The notes under the pieces are model-generated. The model saw only the letters and a program-made list of their open reading frames with translations. It was not told where the DNA came from and ran no database searches. Positions 1-11,319 of a stretch of 64,000 nt of DNA are shown piece after piece (within the stretch, counting starts at the first letter, position 1; each line of letters opens with the position of its first letter). Source of the DNA: Paragordius varius (lineage: Eukaryota; Animalia; Nematomorpha); the NCBI GenBank assembly GCA_964247055.1, contig OZ176054.1:9300001-9364000 (forward strand), in the 5' to 3' direction. The translations under genes were made by a program, and so were the position numbers.

Positions 1-601
1 AAAAAACTTTTCGGGGTTTCTTTTTTATAACTTTTTCTAAAAAAAAATTCAGTTTCGATATTAGCGTTCATTTAACTTAGACCTTTAAAAATTTGCATGT
101 AAGCATATCGCTAGGTTATTTGCTCTTTTATAACAAAATTGATGAGAAATTAAAAGATTAATCTCTAAAAATTGTTTTGCTAAAAATTACGTTTTTTTAT
201 TAACAAAATTTTATTTGGTTCTAAAACTCTCTAAGAGGTTATGATTAGTTTGACCGATTTTAACTATACCATTACCTCATCATTTTTCCATATATTTAAA
301 ATGTTGGGGCCCGAATCCAAATTATTTCATTGCATTTTATAATAAATTAATCATCATATATTTAACACAATTTCTCACGCACGATTTGTCCACAAAAGTT
401 ATAAGTTGTTTGCGGGACTGATCCGTTTTTATTTTTAAATTTTTTAAAATATAATCCTACGAACAAGCATAATATCCTTTTTTTGATTTTTTTGTTTGTA
501 TTGCTGATAATAAATTAATTGCTATTGTCTCTGTTTAAATTTAACAAAAAAATGTTGTGTTATCAGTTGGTAAAATTAAAATAATTAATTAATATTTTTA
601 G

Positions 602-705
602 CCATGAAAATACATGTGTCTGAAGCAACTAAAAATTTGTTATTACCTTACGAAGGCTACGTTTTCGAAGAAAACATACTAGAAAATGATTTGGCCTATG
701 ATGAG
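602..705 (+). CDS. Probable internal exon of a class III nucleotide (guanylyl/adenylyl) cyclase, C-terminal part of the catalytic domain; gene probably extends off the left edge
   Basis: Acceptor ttttag at 600-601, then xMKIHVSEATKNLLLPYEGYVFEE..., resembling the 'KIHVSExT' segment of cyclase catalytic domains. Donor GAG|GTAGT at 706. A possible next exon starts at 790 (cacag|KNKYYWV), similar to the terminal 'TYW' motif. No upstream catalytic motifs are visible in the window. Confidence 0.5.
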
Positions 706-1272
706 GTAGTAAATATTCTTAACTATTATTCAAATATCTATATGGCCATTCGCTTAAAACTGTTAATTAATTGGCATGGATTTTCACAGAAAAATAAGTA
801 TTATTGGGTTATAATAATTGAAATTATACTGATAAAACGTAAAAATTTAAAGACAAATATTTTTTCAAAAGACAACCAATCATATTTTGTCAAACTTTTA
901 TATTTCCCATATAAATTATTTGATTACAATTGTTAAATATTTTATTGATGGTGCAAATTATGAATTTAAAAGTGTGGTTGATTTTATCTTTTTCGTGGGT
1001 CATGAAAATACATGTATTCTTATAAACCTCTGTTGATGGCATGTTCCGAATTACTTTAATAAATAATACATATAAATTAGTTGATAGTGTCTCGTTCTTA
1101 CCCTCTAATTTTGATCAATTTGCTTTAAATAAATAAAATTTAATAGCTTATCCATAATTTTTTTGCTTTTCAAGTCAAATAGTCGAATAAGCTAGGTGTA
1201 TAAACACGGAAAAATAAGATCATCATGAATAAGACAAGTCTGTTTTAACCGCAAATTAGAGTTTTTTTGATT

Positions 1273-1537
1273 CACAGTAAAAATTGAAATTATACGGACA
1301 AAATGTAAAAATATAAAGACAACTATTTTTTTCTAAAAGACAACCATACTTTAATTTAATTCATTGTTTTTTACTTCCAAAGTATAAAATAGAGGATACA
1401 TTACTAAATATTTTACAATTGAAACTAAATAGCTTATATGAGAAAAAATAAAGTTCAAAAAAGTATAGTTTTTTACAAAAAAATATTTGTCTTATTTTAC
1501 GTTTTGTCCGTATAATATTATATCAATTATACTGTAA
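1273..1537. mobile_element. Tc1/mariner-like MITE (about 260 bp); related copies at about 3065-3332, 17672-17910, 33380-33630 and 37449-37690
   Basis: Long imperfect terminal inverted repeats (tatacggacaaaatgtaaaa ... ttttacgttttgtccgtata). The internal motif aaaagacaaccatacttt recurs at the other listed loci. Confidence 0.6.
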
Positions 1538-1695
1538 CTATCCACAAAAACACTATATAGCCTTTTCCACAATATATATATTACATAATATTTAGCTATA
1601 AAATAAAGCATTGCAATTTATTCATTTAATGCGTTACCACAAGTATATACATATATATTTTTAATTTTGGCTAACTAAACTCAAATATATATTAA

Positions 1696-2649
1696 TTAAT
1701 GGGGTAACAAGCGAGCAACAATATCCGATTCTGAATCATAATGATAAAGATATTGATGCAGATGATAAGTTAATGAAATGGGTGTCTTCAAAAATAAATA
1801 TGCTATATAAAATTTTTCCCATGCATCAGAAAAATAATTTCGGAAAACATACATGTAAAATTCCAATAAATCCTCGTAAAATGTGATGATAAAAAAGCAA
1901 GTCCCAATCAGCAATGTTAAATATATAAACTTTGTTGCCCAATCAAAAAAGACATGTTTCATATTGGCAGACAAATTGTAAGTCTTATCAAGTAGTGCTG
2001 GATAACATAAATTGATGTTACTTAGTTTACATGGCTTTACGACTTCATTTTTTGTGGGCTTAAATAGCTCATTAATTTTTGGATGTTTTCTTTTATCTTG
2101 TTTTTCTTTTGAAACTTTTTTGACTACACATTTTTTGGGTTTAGTTAGTGCTATTGATTGACTATTAGATTTTACTGTACTCACTGGAGACTTTGAATGT
2201 TCAATCAAGGAAGATGGGATTATTTTTGAGTGCTTGGTCGCGTTTGAATTATTGCTGGTTTTTTGACGATCCCTATAAAGCATTTTGGCTATTTCATGGT
2301 CAATAGATTTATCATCAAGTTTGATTGGCTTAACATTTTCTCGATATTTGGCCAATAGGGTAGGAGCTGATTCACAAAAATTTTCTGCCCGTAAATTCTG
2401 TAAGAAATACAAAAACCGAACTGAATTTATCGATATGTTTATCGTATTCAGTAATTCTTGCATTAGGGGTAATCGAGTTTGGTTTGTTTTCAAGAGCTTG
2501 ATTTCATATTTCTTATCGCCATCGGTTATGATATGAGCCAACATTTGAACGCTCAATAAAACTAATTTGACAATGTCATCATAGGTCTTTTCAATTTCTT
2601 TTGTCAAAGTATTAGGGTCCGTTGTTATTTCTTCTGCGTTCAAATACAT
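1696..2649 (-). CDS. Intronless 317-aa orphan protein with a Lys/Ser-rich linker and a C-terminal hydrophobic (transmembrane) segment
   Basis: A 954-bp open frame in about 25% GC DNA. ATG at 2649 has an in-frame stop 3 codons upstream. TM-like segment FIYLTLLIGTCFFIITFY. No family recognised. Confidence 0.7.
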   Translation of the reverse strand: MYLNAEEITTDPNTLTKEIEKTYDDIVKLVLLSVQMLAHIITDGDKKYEIKLLKTNQTRLPLMQELLNTINISINSVRFLYFLQNLRAENFCESAPTLLAKYRENVKPIKLDDKSIDHEIAKMLYRDRQKTSNNSNATKHSKIIPSSLIEHSKSPVSTVKSNSQSIALTKPKKCVVKKVSKEKQDKRKHPKINELFKPTKNEVVKPCKLSNINLCYPALLDKTYNLSANMKHVFFDWATKFIYLTLLIGTCFFIITFYEDLLEFYMYVFRNYFSDAWEKFYIAYLFLKTPISLTYHLHQYLYHYDSESDIVARLLPH

Positions 2650-3729
2650 AATATATTATTTTATCTGTAATATTATGTCTGATAACCAAAAAGTTAATTA
2701 TTATTTATATTTAAGTTAACCTTCTAACCATTTTAATATCATTGGTTTAAAATTTTATAGGTATTTAATTATTATTGAATATTGCAATTCAGGGTTATTA
2801 TTAGTAGTTTACCAATTTTACCTGTATTTCTCTCATACCAATTTAATCAAAAATTACCTAATAGCAAATTCTAGCAAAATAAAAATATCAAAAATTTATT
2901 TAGCCCAAGAAACACATATATTTTAGCATAATAAAATGGTAAAGAATCAAATTATTTAAACGGAAATTTCAAATACAAAAAATTTGACATGTGCATAAAT
3001 AGAATTAAAAGATATAAGGATATCAAAATTGATTAACATATAACAATTCTAAAAATTTTACAAATGGAAATTATACGGACAAAATGTGAAAATATAAAAA
3101 CAAATATTTTCTAAAAAAACAACCATACTTTTTTAATCTTAATTTTTTTAAATACTCATTGTTTTAAACTACAAAGCATAATATAGATATAATTGATAAT
3201 ACAATCAATTATATATTTACAATATTAAATAGTTTATATAGGATAAATTAAGGTTAAAAAGTATGGTAGTCTTTTGAAAAAAAAATTGTCTTTATATTTT
3301 AGATGTTGCCGTATAATCATAATTTTTACTGTATATGCCAATTGAAAAAATTATATAATATTATTCATTTTGATAATATTCGAAAACCTTAAAAATATAT
3401 TACAAAAGACAGGTACTAAAAAGTTTGTATGCTCTTTTTAGCCATATATAATTGTAAAAAATATACTCAGTGAAAATTCCAAGGTATCGATGAATTTTTC
3501 ATATAGCGGTACTATTTGGGTTAAGCTTATTTCAGTCATTTTTACTTTATAAAAGGATGATTAATATGCACAACATTTGCTTAACAATCAAAAATATGAT
3601 ATGAATGTTTTGATTATAAATGGAGGTAAAATAGCAAAAACTATCGTATATTTTGTGACCGTATTTAAGGGCTAATATATGGGCATTAATAAGTATTTAT
3701 TATATTTTAAACATAAGACTATCAAAAAA

Positions 3730-4200
3730 TGTGTGTCGGTGTGTGTATATTGATACAGTCGATTAACAATAGTATATGAAAACTTCTCCATAAATTGTGG
3801 TTTTTTGTTTTAATGTTGAGTTCTGCCAAGGTTACATGAGTTTCTTGTTGAATATTGTCCATACACCTTATCTTTATTCGGCCTTTTACGTGTACCACTA
3901 ACATTTCCCAACCCAGTGAATTAAATGTCATAAGGTGGCCACAAAGTAGGATAGTTTGGTGCGGATGGACATTCCAAGCATGTACAAACGCATTATTCTA
4001 CTATATATTTTATCAATGTTTGCTAGTTTGTTGCCAAAATTAGTAAAGCCTTAATCAGAAAATTTGTTTGATAAATTATGATTTCGAAAATAGCATATTT
4101 TTTAAATTATAAAATATTCTATTTATTATCAATTATTCGGAGGGCCGCATATTTAACGTGCCGGTTTATAGTATTTTTATACCTTATCCAACACACTTCA
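3730..4200 (-). mobile_element. Decayed 3' fragment of an RTE-clade non-LTR retrotransposon
   Basis: Minus-strand sequence (tccatccgcaccaaactatcc...gttgggaaatgttagtggtacacg...atggacaatattcaacaagaa) aligns by eye with the RTE fragment at 42480-42650. Contains frameshifts and stops. Boundaries approximate. Confidence 0.6.
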
Positions 4201-4769
4201 TGCCTAAAAATTATTGTTCAATCTCGACATTGCGTTTATTTTGAGAAAACTAACCCAGTTTAGTGAAGAATCCGAAACATTGAGGCTTTAAAAGCACACA
4301 TCTAAAATTTTAAAATTAATATATCTGAAGCATAAAGTACGCTATTTTCGATATGAAAGTAGCTATTAGCACAAGTTCAAAATATTTTAAAAATTATCTC
4401 GATGTAAAAAACCAATATATTGATATATTTATCAAACAGAATGTGATTCATCAGGATATTTTTTACCCGATTTTGTTAGCACGGTGTATATTAAATGGAT
4501 AAATTTATTTAAAAAATTGTTAATATTTATTATTATTGTTATTATACAATTTTATACATATTTAGATTGATAACATGCGATCATATTTTGTCGAATATAT
4601 TGGCGAAACGGGCGAGAACATCCACGCAAAATTAGCCGAACATAATCTACCTTTTTAAAAATTATTCCCAAGGAAATTATTTTAACCAGCACCTTTTAAG
4701 TTGTGTTTTTTTGTACCGATAAATATTCTAATAATATTATTTTCCAGAATATAAATCCACATATTAAAC

Positions 4770-5058
4770 CAGGGGTTTCCAACACAAATGGCTTCGCTGG
4801 CCGCATTTTTAACCCAAACAAACTGGCGAGCCGCATTTGTAATATATATGTGGGTATTCATAAATATTTTATTAAATCTAAAAAATAAAAACTGTACAAA
4901 GCAACAAGAAAACAATGTTTTCATGTTTGTTTCCTATTGAAATGAATAATTTATCAAAGATATATCAATTGTTCTAAGTTTTTAATGCAATGCGCAAAAT
5001 TGCAATAGTAGATATCCAAGTCTTTTTTGCGAACCGCCCAGCGTGTTAAACACTCCTG
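4770..5058. mobile_element. hAT-type MITE (CAGGGG...CCTG family); related copies at 8344-8583, 26810-27086 and 38157-38414
   Basis: Termini caggggtttccaacac / gtgttaaacactcctg. Flanks tattaaac / taatgaac match 6/8 (eroded 8-bp TSD). The subterminal motif aatggcttcgc...gccgcatttt recurs at 5495, 8357 and (reverse complement) about 38370-38400. Confidence 0.6.
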
Positions 5059-8000
5059 TAATGAACGATGAAGCGTTACGAAAGGTAGGGGTAACATATT
5101 CATGCAAATGTAAACATAAATGTAATTGTAATTAGCAAATCAAATGACCACACATTACCTTAAATTTTATGTGTGATTTGTAAGCGACTGACATACAACA
5201 AATACCAAAAATACTGATATTTGTAATTGATTATCCAAAACCAAGATTTTGAACTTGTTTTACTATAAATTTAGCATAAATTTTTTGGGAAACATTCTCG
5301 TATAAAGCATTTCAAATTCTGTTAAAAGAGTTTTAGTTCTGTCAGAGTTAGTTGAGGTATAGTATTAGTTTTGGATTCTTACTTTTAATATACATTTTTA
5401 TAAAAAATTACCACTAATAAATATAGCGAAAATAAGAAATGATTAATATACATTAAATATTTGAATTAAAATTTAAGGCAGGGTGACCTATACAAATGGC
5501 TTCGCGGGCCGCATTTTGGAATAGAAAAATCCGACGTGCCGCATTCGCGAAATATATGGGAATTTACAAAAATTTTATTAGTTTCGAACATAAAACACCA
5601 AAACTACTATTTAATTTAACAAGTTTTGCTAGTTCATTCCCAAAATTCAGAAAGATTTATTCAGTTGTTTAAGAAAATTGATTTTACAAAGATATTGCAA
5701 AATTTTATCATGGCTGAAAAATATTTTAAAAGGCGATTAAGGTAATATAAAATTAATTATGATACCTGTAACGGCAAAAAATATTTTTATGGGCTTAACT
5801 TTTAAATCTGTTTTGATTCAGGAAATATAAAAAATTTAAATTTCGAATGGCGTTCCCTCGACTGCTGATGTTTTGGAGTGGGGGTAACTGACAGTATTTT
5901 ATAAACGCATTAATATTTTATTTATTCTAGAGTATCGATTATTTTTTGTTGAACGAAATTTTTTCACTTTCGATTTCTGATTAAATAAAAATATATAATG
6001 TTGTATTTTTCAGGTTTGGCCTATTATCTGTCTATTAGTAAATATTATTAACTTTGCTAAATTTCAGCCGCGCCTTTTCGACCGACAAGTCGCAGATTAG
6101 TGGTCTATATAATCGTGTACATAAAGATATTGATTTGATTAACCACTTTGATAATTTTTCAGCATTTTATATAATTTTAGTAATACTTATTATAATGTTC
6201 AAATCACATTAAAAAATTTACTCATAGAAAAGATATAAAATGGAAAACAAAAGTTAGACTACAACTATTGGTTTCATTAGATATTGTTACCATTTAGTTT
6301 ACTCCGTTTAAATATTATAATATGGCTGATTTTAAGGGCATAAAGTAATTTTACGCTAAAAAATCTTTCTAATTACTAAATACCCGGGAAGGACATACAT
6401 TATTAGCGATTGTGGAATAAAAAAATTAAACGGTAGATATTAAAGAAATAAGGTTAAATTTGTCATATATTTTTTGAAAGAGTATTATTATACGATATCA
6501 AACGGAAAATCTATACGCCTAAGGATCCCATTTTATCATAGTAAAAATTCATGATATTTCCCTAAAAGTATACCAATTGATAATAACCTTAAACAAAATA
6601 TTTACTAATAATATTGTCCCTTTTGGAGCATGCTAGGAAAGTGTATGGGATCGAAAAAATATTATAATTAGCACTATGGAAGTAAAACCACCAAAAGATT
6701 CCCTTAAAGAAAAGTTGGATGAAAGTTTTTAAAATGATATTTAACCATAAATTAAAAGCACTGAAAGAAATAACCTATCGCCACAGTGAAAGAGATTATG
6801 CAATAAATAGTCCCATGCGTCAAATTAAATTAATGTAGTAAATTATATTTTATAACGGTATATATAATTTTTCTAATTCGGTGCAGAACGCATTAATCTT
6901 TGAGAATAACAAAAACTTTTCTTTCAGAACATTGACCCTTATAGTCAAAGTTAGACAGAACAAATAATTTAAATTGGTACATAAGAATTGTTTTCACACA
7001 TTGGTAGATTTTGTTCAAGGGGAGTTAATTTCTAATAAACCTATTTTAATAAAATATATATTTTTTTGTATAATCAAACACAATATTAAAAATTAACAGA
7101 AAATTATATTGTATCTGTTTTACCAGCTCTTCTGAAATCTAAACTTATCAGCTGATATCGGATAATATATAAAAAATATTTTGTTATCAAACTGTCAAAG
7201 TTAATTTGATGAATTTATATTGCTTTTTATTTAAGCGAATTTATAAAAAACCTAAATAATTTCGCGGCTTGCACCGAGGATTTTATCTTATTATAAAATA
7301 GTTTTACTAAATGCAGCACTTAATCTTCTGGGGTACTTTTGTACCCCAAGGCCTTTAAATATTTCTTCAAAAATATTATTAGCATTGGGCAAATAAAAAT
7401 ATGCTTTCTTTAGCTTTTGATGCATTTTCCAAAAAAAGTTCTTAAAAAATAAAAAAATTTAAAATATCATCATCTCAAACTTTTTGGCGCCATTTTTTTC
7501 TTATTTTTTATAAAATCGCCAGGCAAATAATGTATGTATAATATGATTAAATATAACGTTATAAAACTTTCAGGTTAATTTCAGTAAACACTTGTGTTAA
7601 TTGGTTTTAACCTTAAGTTAAATTATTATTTATATTTTATATGACATTGTATTAAATAAGTAATCTAATTATTATTATATATATGGATATTTTATATGAC
7701 ATTGTATTTGATACAAATAGTATTCTAATTTATTATTGTTAATGATCCTTGCTAAAATAATAAATACACCTGTACCAACACAAAGCAATCAGTTAATAAA
7801 TGAACAATTAAATTTGAGATAATAAATTATATGTTGTTTCTATTTTAAACACCTTCAACTTGATCTGGTTAAAATCAGCTGTTTAATTTAATCAAATTTG
7901 GAAGCTGTCCCAAGTTTAAGTTCTAGAATAAAAATGTAAAAAATCTAAGTTTTTAATCTAATACAGGAGAAGAGGGTTTTATATATCTCCAAAACGCTAA

Positions 8001-8949
8001 AACTAAAATCAACCCCTAAACATATATTGTAATGAGTAATTAAATATATTAACATGTATCAAAGATTTTCATAGGTAGAAGAATTATTGGTTTTTAATGT
8101 TATTTAATGTTACCTTCCAGCACATCGTTTTTCCAATATAATTATTCTTTCTTTAATGCATTTACAAATAAATGTCCTGTTAAATATAAATATATTCCCT
8201 TATATTTCCATAACAAACAATACATAACAAAAGATTTAATTTTTACTTTATATAAAATATGTAACATATTTGGTAACTAACGTATAATTTCTATCAATTT
8301 TATCTATCTATATGTATCAGTTTAAATGTTTTAACGCATAAAACAGGGGCCAACACAATTGGCTTCGTGTGCTGCATTTCGGGCTCCATAAATCTATCGG
8401 GCCGCAATAGTATATACATTTTTTGATTCAGTGGCAAAATTTAGAAAGGCTTCTTAAGAAAAAAACCATATTTTGCAAACAATGGAATTTCGTATTTATT
8501 TGGAATTTTTGAGTTTTTCACGGGCTGAGCAAAATATGTCGGAAGACTACATGTGACCCGCGATAAAATGCTAGACACCCCTGATATAATACGATGCGCT
8601 TTTAGCTATTAATGTAGAAAGCTGGGATTTTAGAGCGTTCATTTCCGAAGAAAAGCTAATGTATGAAACATTATGGATTATTTATCTGGATTATAGATTA
8701 GGTATAAAAATGATATAATTAAAATACCAATAAATCAAAACTGATCCAGTTATAAAGTTTTATTTTTAGCATACTATTGTATCGGTTATGAATTTTTAAA
8801 AACAGTGCAAAGATACATTATTTTATTATGTTTTATATTAAGTATTAATGGGTAATTACAATAATGTATCCTTTATTTTATCAAATATTTATTTTTTTTA
8901 TTAAATGGGTATAAATATTTGGTAAAGAATGGAAACAAGAGCTTTATGG

Positions 8950-11319
8950 CAGGGCTTCTTAAACTATGGGTCGCGATTCATTTGGGGTCGTGTAGCAAAG
9001 TTATGGGGTCGCGAGTGATAAAATTTAAGTTTAACAAAAAATGTTTTTTAACTTTTAAAGTCTATATATTTATAAAAATGTAAAATGTGGCTTTGTGATT
9101 TATTTCCGGAAAACCAGTAGACCCATTGAAATCCAAATGTCAAAACCCGACAATAGCTTCGCCCTTTTTTTTGAATTAGACCCCCCGTTCAGTCCCACCC
9201 CCTGTAAAAAACGGGTTTTTTTGAAATCACAAGTCCACAAAAATCGTGTCTTTGAGACAATTTACCCGAAAACGTGTTGGACCATACGATTTCAAATATG
9301 ATTTTTTTATTTATTTTCGATTGCGCTGAACATAGTCGGCTCGCTTTTTTAATTTAGGCCCTCTTTTTACCCGCTTTCCCCGTAAAATGCCATTTTTTGT
9401 CCATAAAAATTATTTTTTGTATCTATTTTTAGCCCAAGGTATGAGACCGTAAAAATTCAATAAGGATTCCAGGTATTTCCTGTTAAAAGGCAAATATTTT
9501 AGTTGAGCGTTTTTTTATATTGGCTGCTGGGTAAGGAGATACCCGATAAAAACTGCCCCGTCATATGGAAATAGCGTGCCTTTGGGGCTAAATTTTTGAA
9601 AACCTATCAGGTCATATGAGTTCAATAGGTGCTTAAAATATTACCCAAAACAAGGCAAAAATTTAAGTCGTACGATTTTTCAAAATTAGCCGTTAATTAT
9701 ACCCTTAACGCCTTGAAAAATACGCACTAGGGAATGATTTTTTAGTTTAAAGGCATTTTTCCCAAAAACTAATAAGAGCATATGGATTCAATAATGACGG
9801 GTATTCTCCGTAAAAAGGCAAAAATTTAAATCAAGCGCTTCTTTTGTATCAGCCATTGGGTAAGGAGCTACCCGCCTAAAACTGCGCCATCATATGTGGA
9901 AATTGCGTTGTTTAGGAGTTAATTTTCACAATTATCAGGCCATATAAGTTTAATAAGGGCCTAAAATATTACCCCTAAAAGGCAAAAATTTAAGTCTAGC
10001 GGTTTTTTAAAAATTAGCCGTTTAGGCCCCCCTAAAAATGCGCTATCATTGAACTATTATTTAGTTATGAAGCCATTCTTCCAAAAACTATTAGGAACAT
10101 GTGCAATTATGATTCCAGGTATTTCCCTATAAAAGCAAATTTTTATGGAACGTCTTTTATATTGGTCTCTGGGTAAGGGGTTACCCGCCTACAACTGCAC
10201 CACCATATCGATACAGCGTGACTTTGTAGGCAAATTTTAGAAAACTTATCAGGCCATATGAGTTCAATAAGGGCTTGAAATATTCCCGTAAAAAGGCAAA
10301 ATTTTGAGTATAGCGGTTTTATAAATTACCCCTTAATTAGACCCTTGCCCTCCACCATAGAATGACTTTTTGATTTTGGGGCACCACGAGAGCGTATCGA
10401 ACCAATCATGATTCCAGGTATTACCCGAATTAAGGCAAAATATTTAATCAAGCGTTTTGTTGTTTCGCCCCTGGTTAGAGGCTACCCGTGTAAAACTGCG
10501 TCACCATCTCAATAGCATGCCTTTGATGCCAAATTCCAGAAAACCTATGAGTCTAATAGGAACATATTGATTCCATGAAAATTCCAGACCCCATATGAGG
10601 GCAAAATTTTAACCAGCGCTTTTTTATACGTGCCCGGGGTTAGGAGCTACCCGCCAAAAACTGCGCCACTATATAGAAATTGCTTTGTTATGGAGCTAAT
10701 TTACAGAAAATTTATGAAGCCATATGAGCTCATTTAAAGCTTGAAATATTTTCCGTAAGTAGGTAAAAAATCAGAAATATTTTATTAGCTGTCAATTTGG
10801 GGACTTTATGCCCTAAAAATACGCCATCATATAACGAAAATTTAGTATTGAGGTATTTTTTCGAAAAACCTATGAGAGGATGGTATCAAAGATGATTCCA
10901 AATATCTGCCCTATAAAAGCAAAGAATTTAACTCACGCTTTTTCCAATGTCTATGGGTAGGGGTCTACCGGTTTAAAACTGAGCCATGCAAAAATGGCGT
11001 GGTTTTGGAGCTAATTTTTAAAAAAGTAAAAAGCCATACGAGTTCAGTTAAACACATTTCTGGAAAATTTGTATATTATCATTCTTTCCTTTAAAAAATG
11101 ACCACGATCATTATACTTGTATAAATTAACTATGAATCAAAACATGTTATAAAAATTTATAAAAAATGTAGATTATTTTTGTCAATCTCTTAAAACCGAA
11201 ATAATCCTAATAAATATTACCAATAAAATTACAAAATTTCTATTTTCAAATTGTTGGGGTCGTTAAGAAACTCGCTCTCATAAATGGGGTCGGAAATCAC
11301 AAAAGTTTAAGAAGCCCTG
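8950..11319. mobile_element. Non-autonomous hAT DNA transposon, 2370 bp
   Basis: Perfect 16-bp TIRs CAGGGCTTCTTAAACT / AGTTTAAGAAGCCCTG. 8-bp TSD ctttatgg / ctctatgg (7/8). No transposase ORF. Confidence 0.85.
9440..11050. repeat. Diverged tandem array of about 315-bp units (each made of two about 160-bp subunits) inside the hAT element
   Basis: The motif ctgggtaaggagctacccg..aaaactgcgcca recurs at about 9527, 9856, 10170, 10471, 10636 and 10952 (spacings about 329, 314, 301, 165, 316). gattccaggtatt-like motifs recur at about 9465, 9793, 10111, 10410, 10580 and 10894. Confidence 0.8.

Noticed and set aside
706-936. ORF 604-936 as a standalone 110-aa gene
   Set aside because: Only the first about 34 codons look like a conserved domain. 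The rest reads through a probable intron and into the MITE-family repeat at about 835-900.
1001-1015. 15-bp exact copy (catgaaaatacatgt) of 603-617
   Set aside because: Too short and AT-rich to interpret, and there is no acceptor or continued similarity.
9440-11050. Repeat array as a CRISPR locus or ribozyme array
   Set aside because: Units are about 315 bp and diverged, with no constant-repeat/unique-spacer pattern. The DNA is eukaryotic with no cas genes, and I found no hammerhead CUGAnGA/GAAA core.
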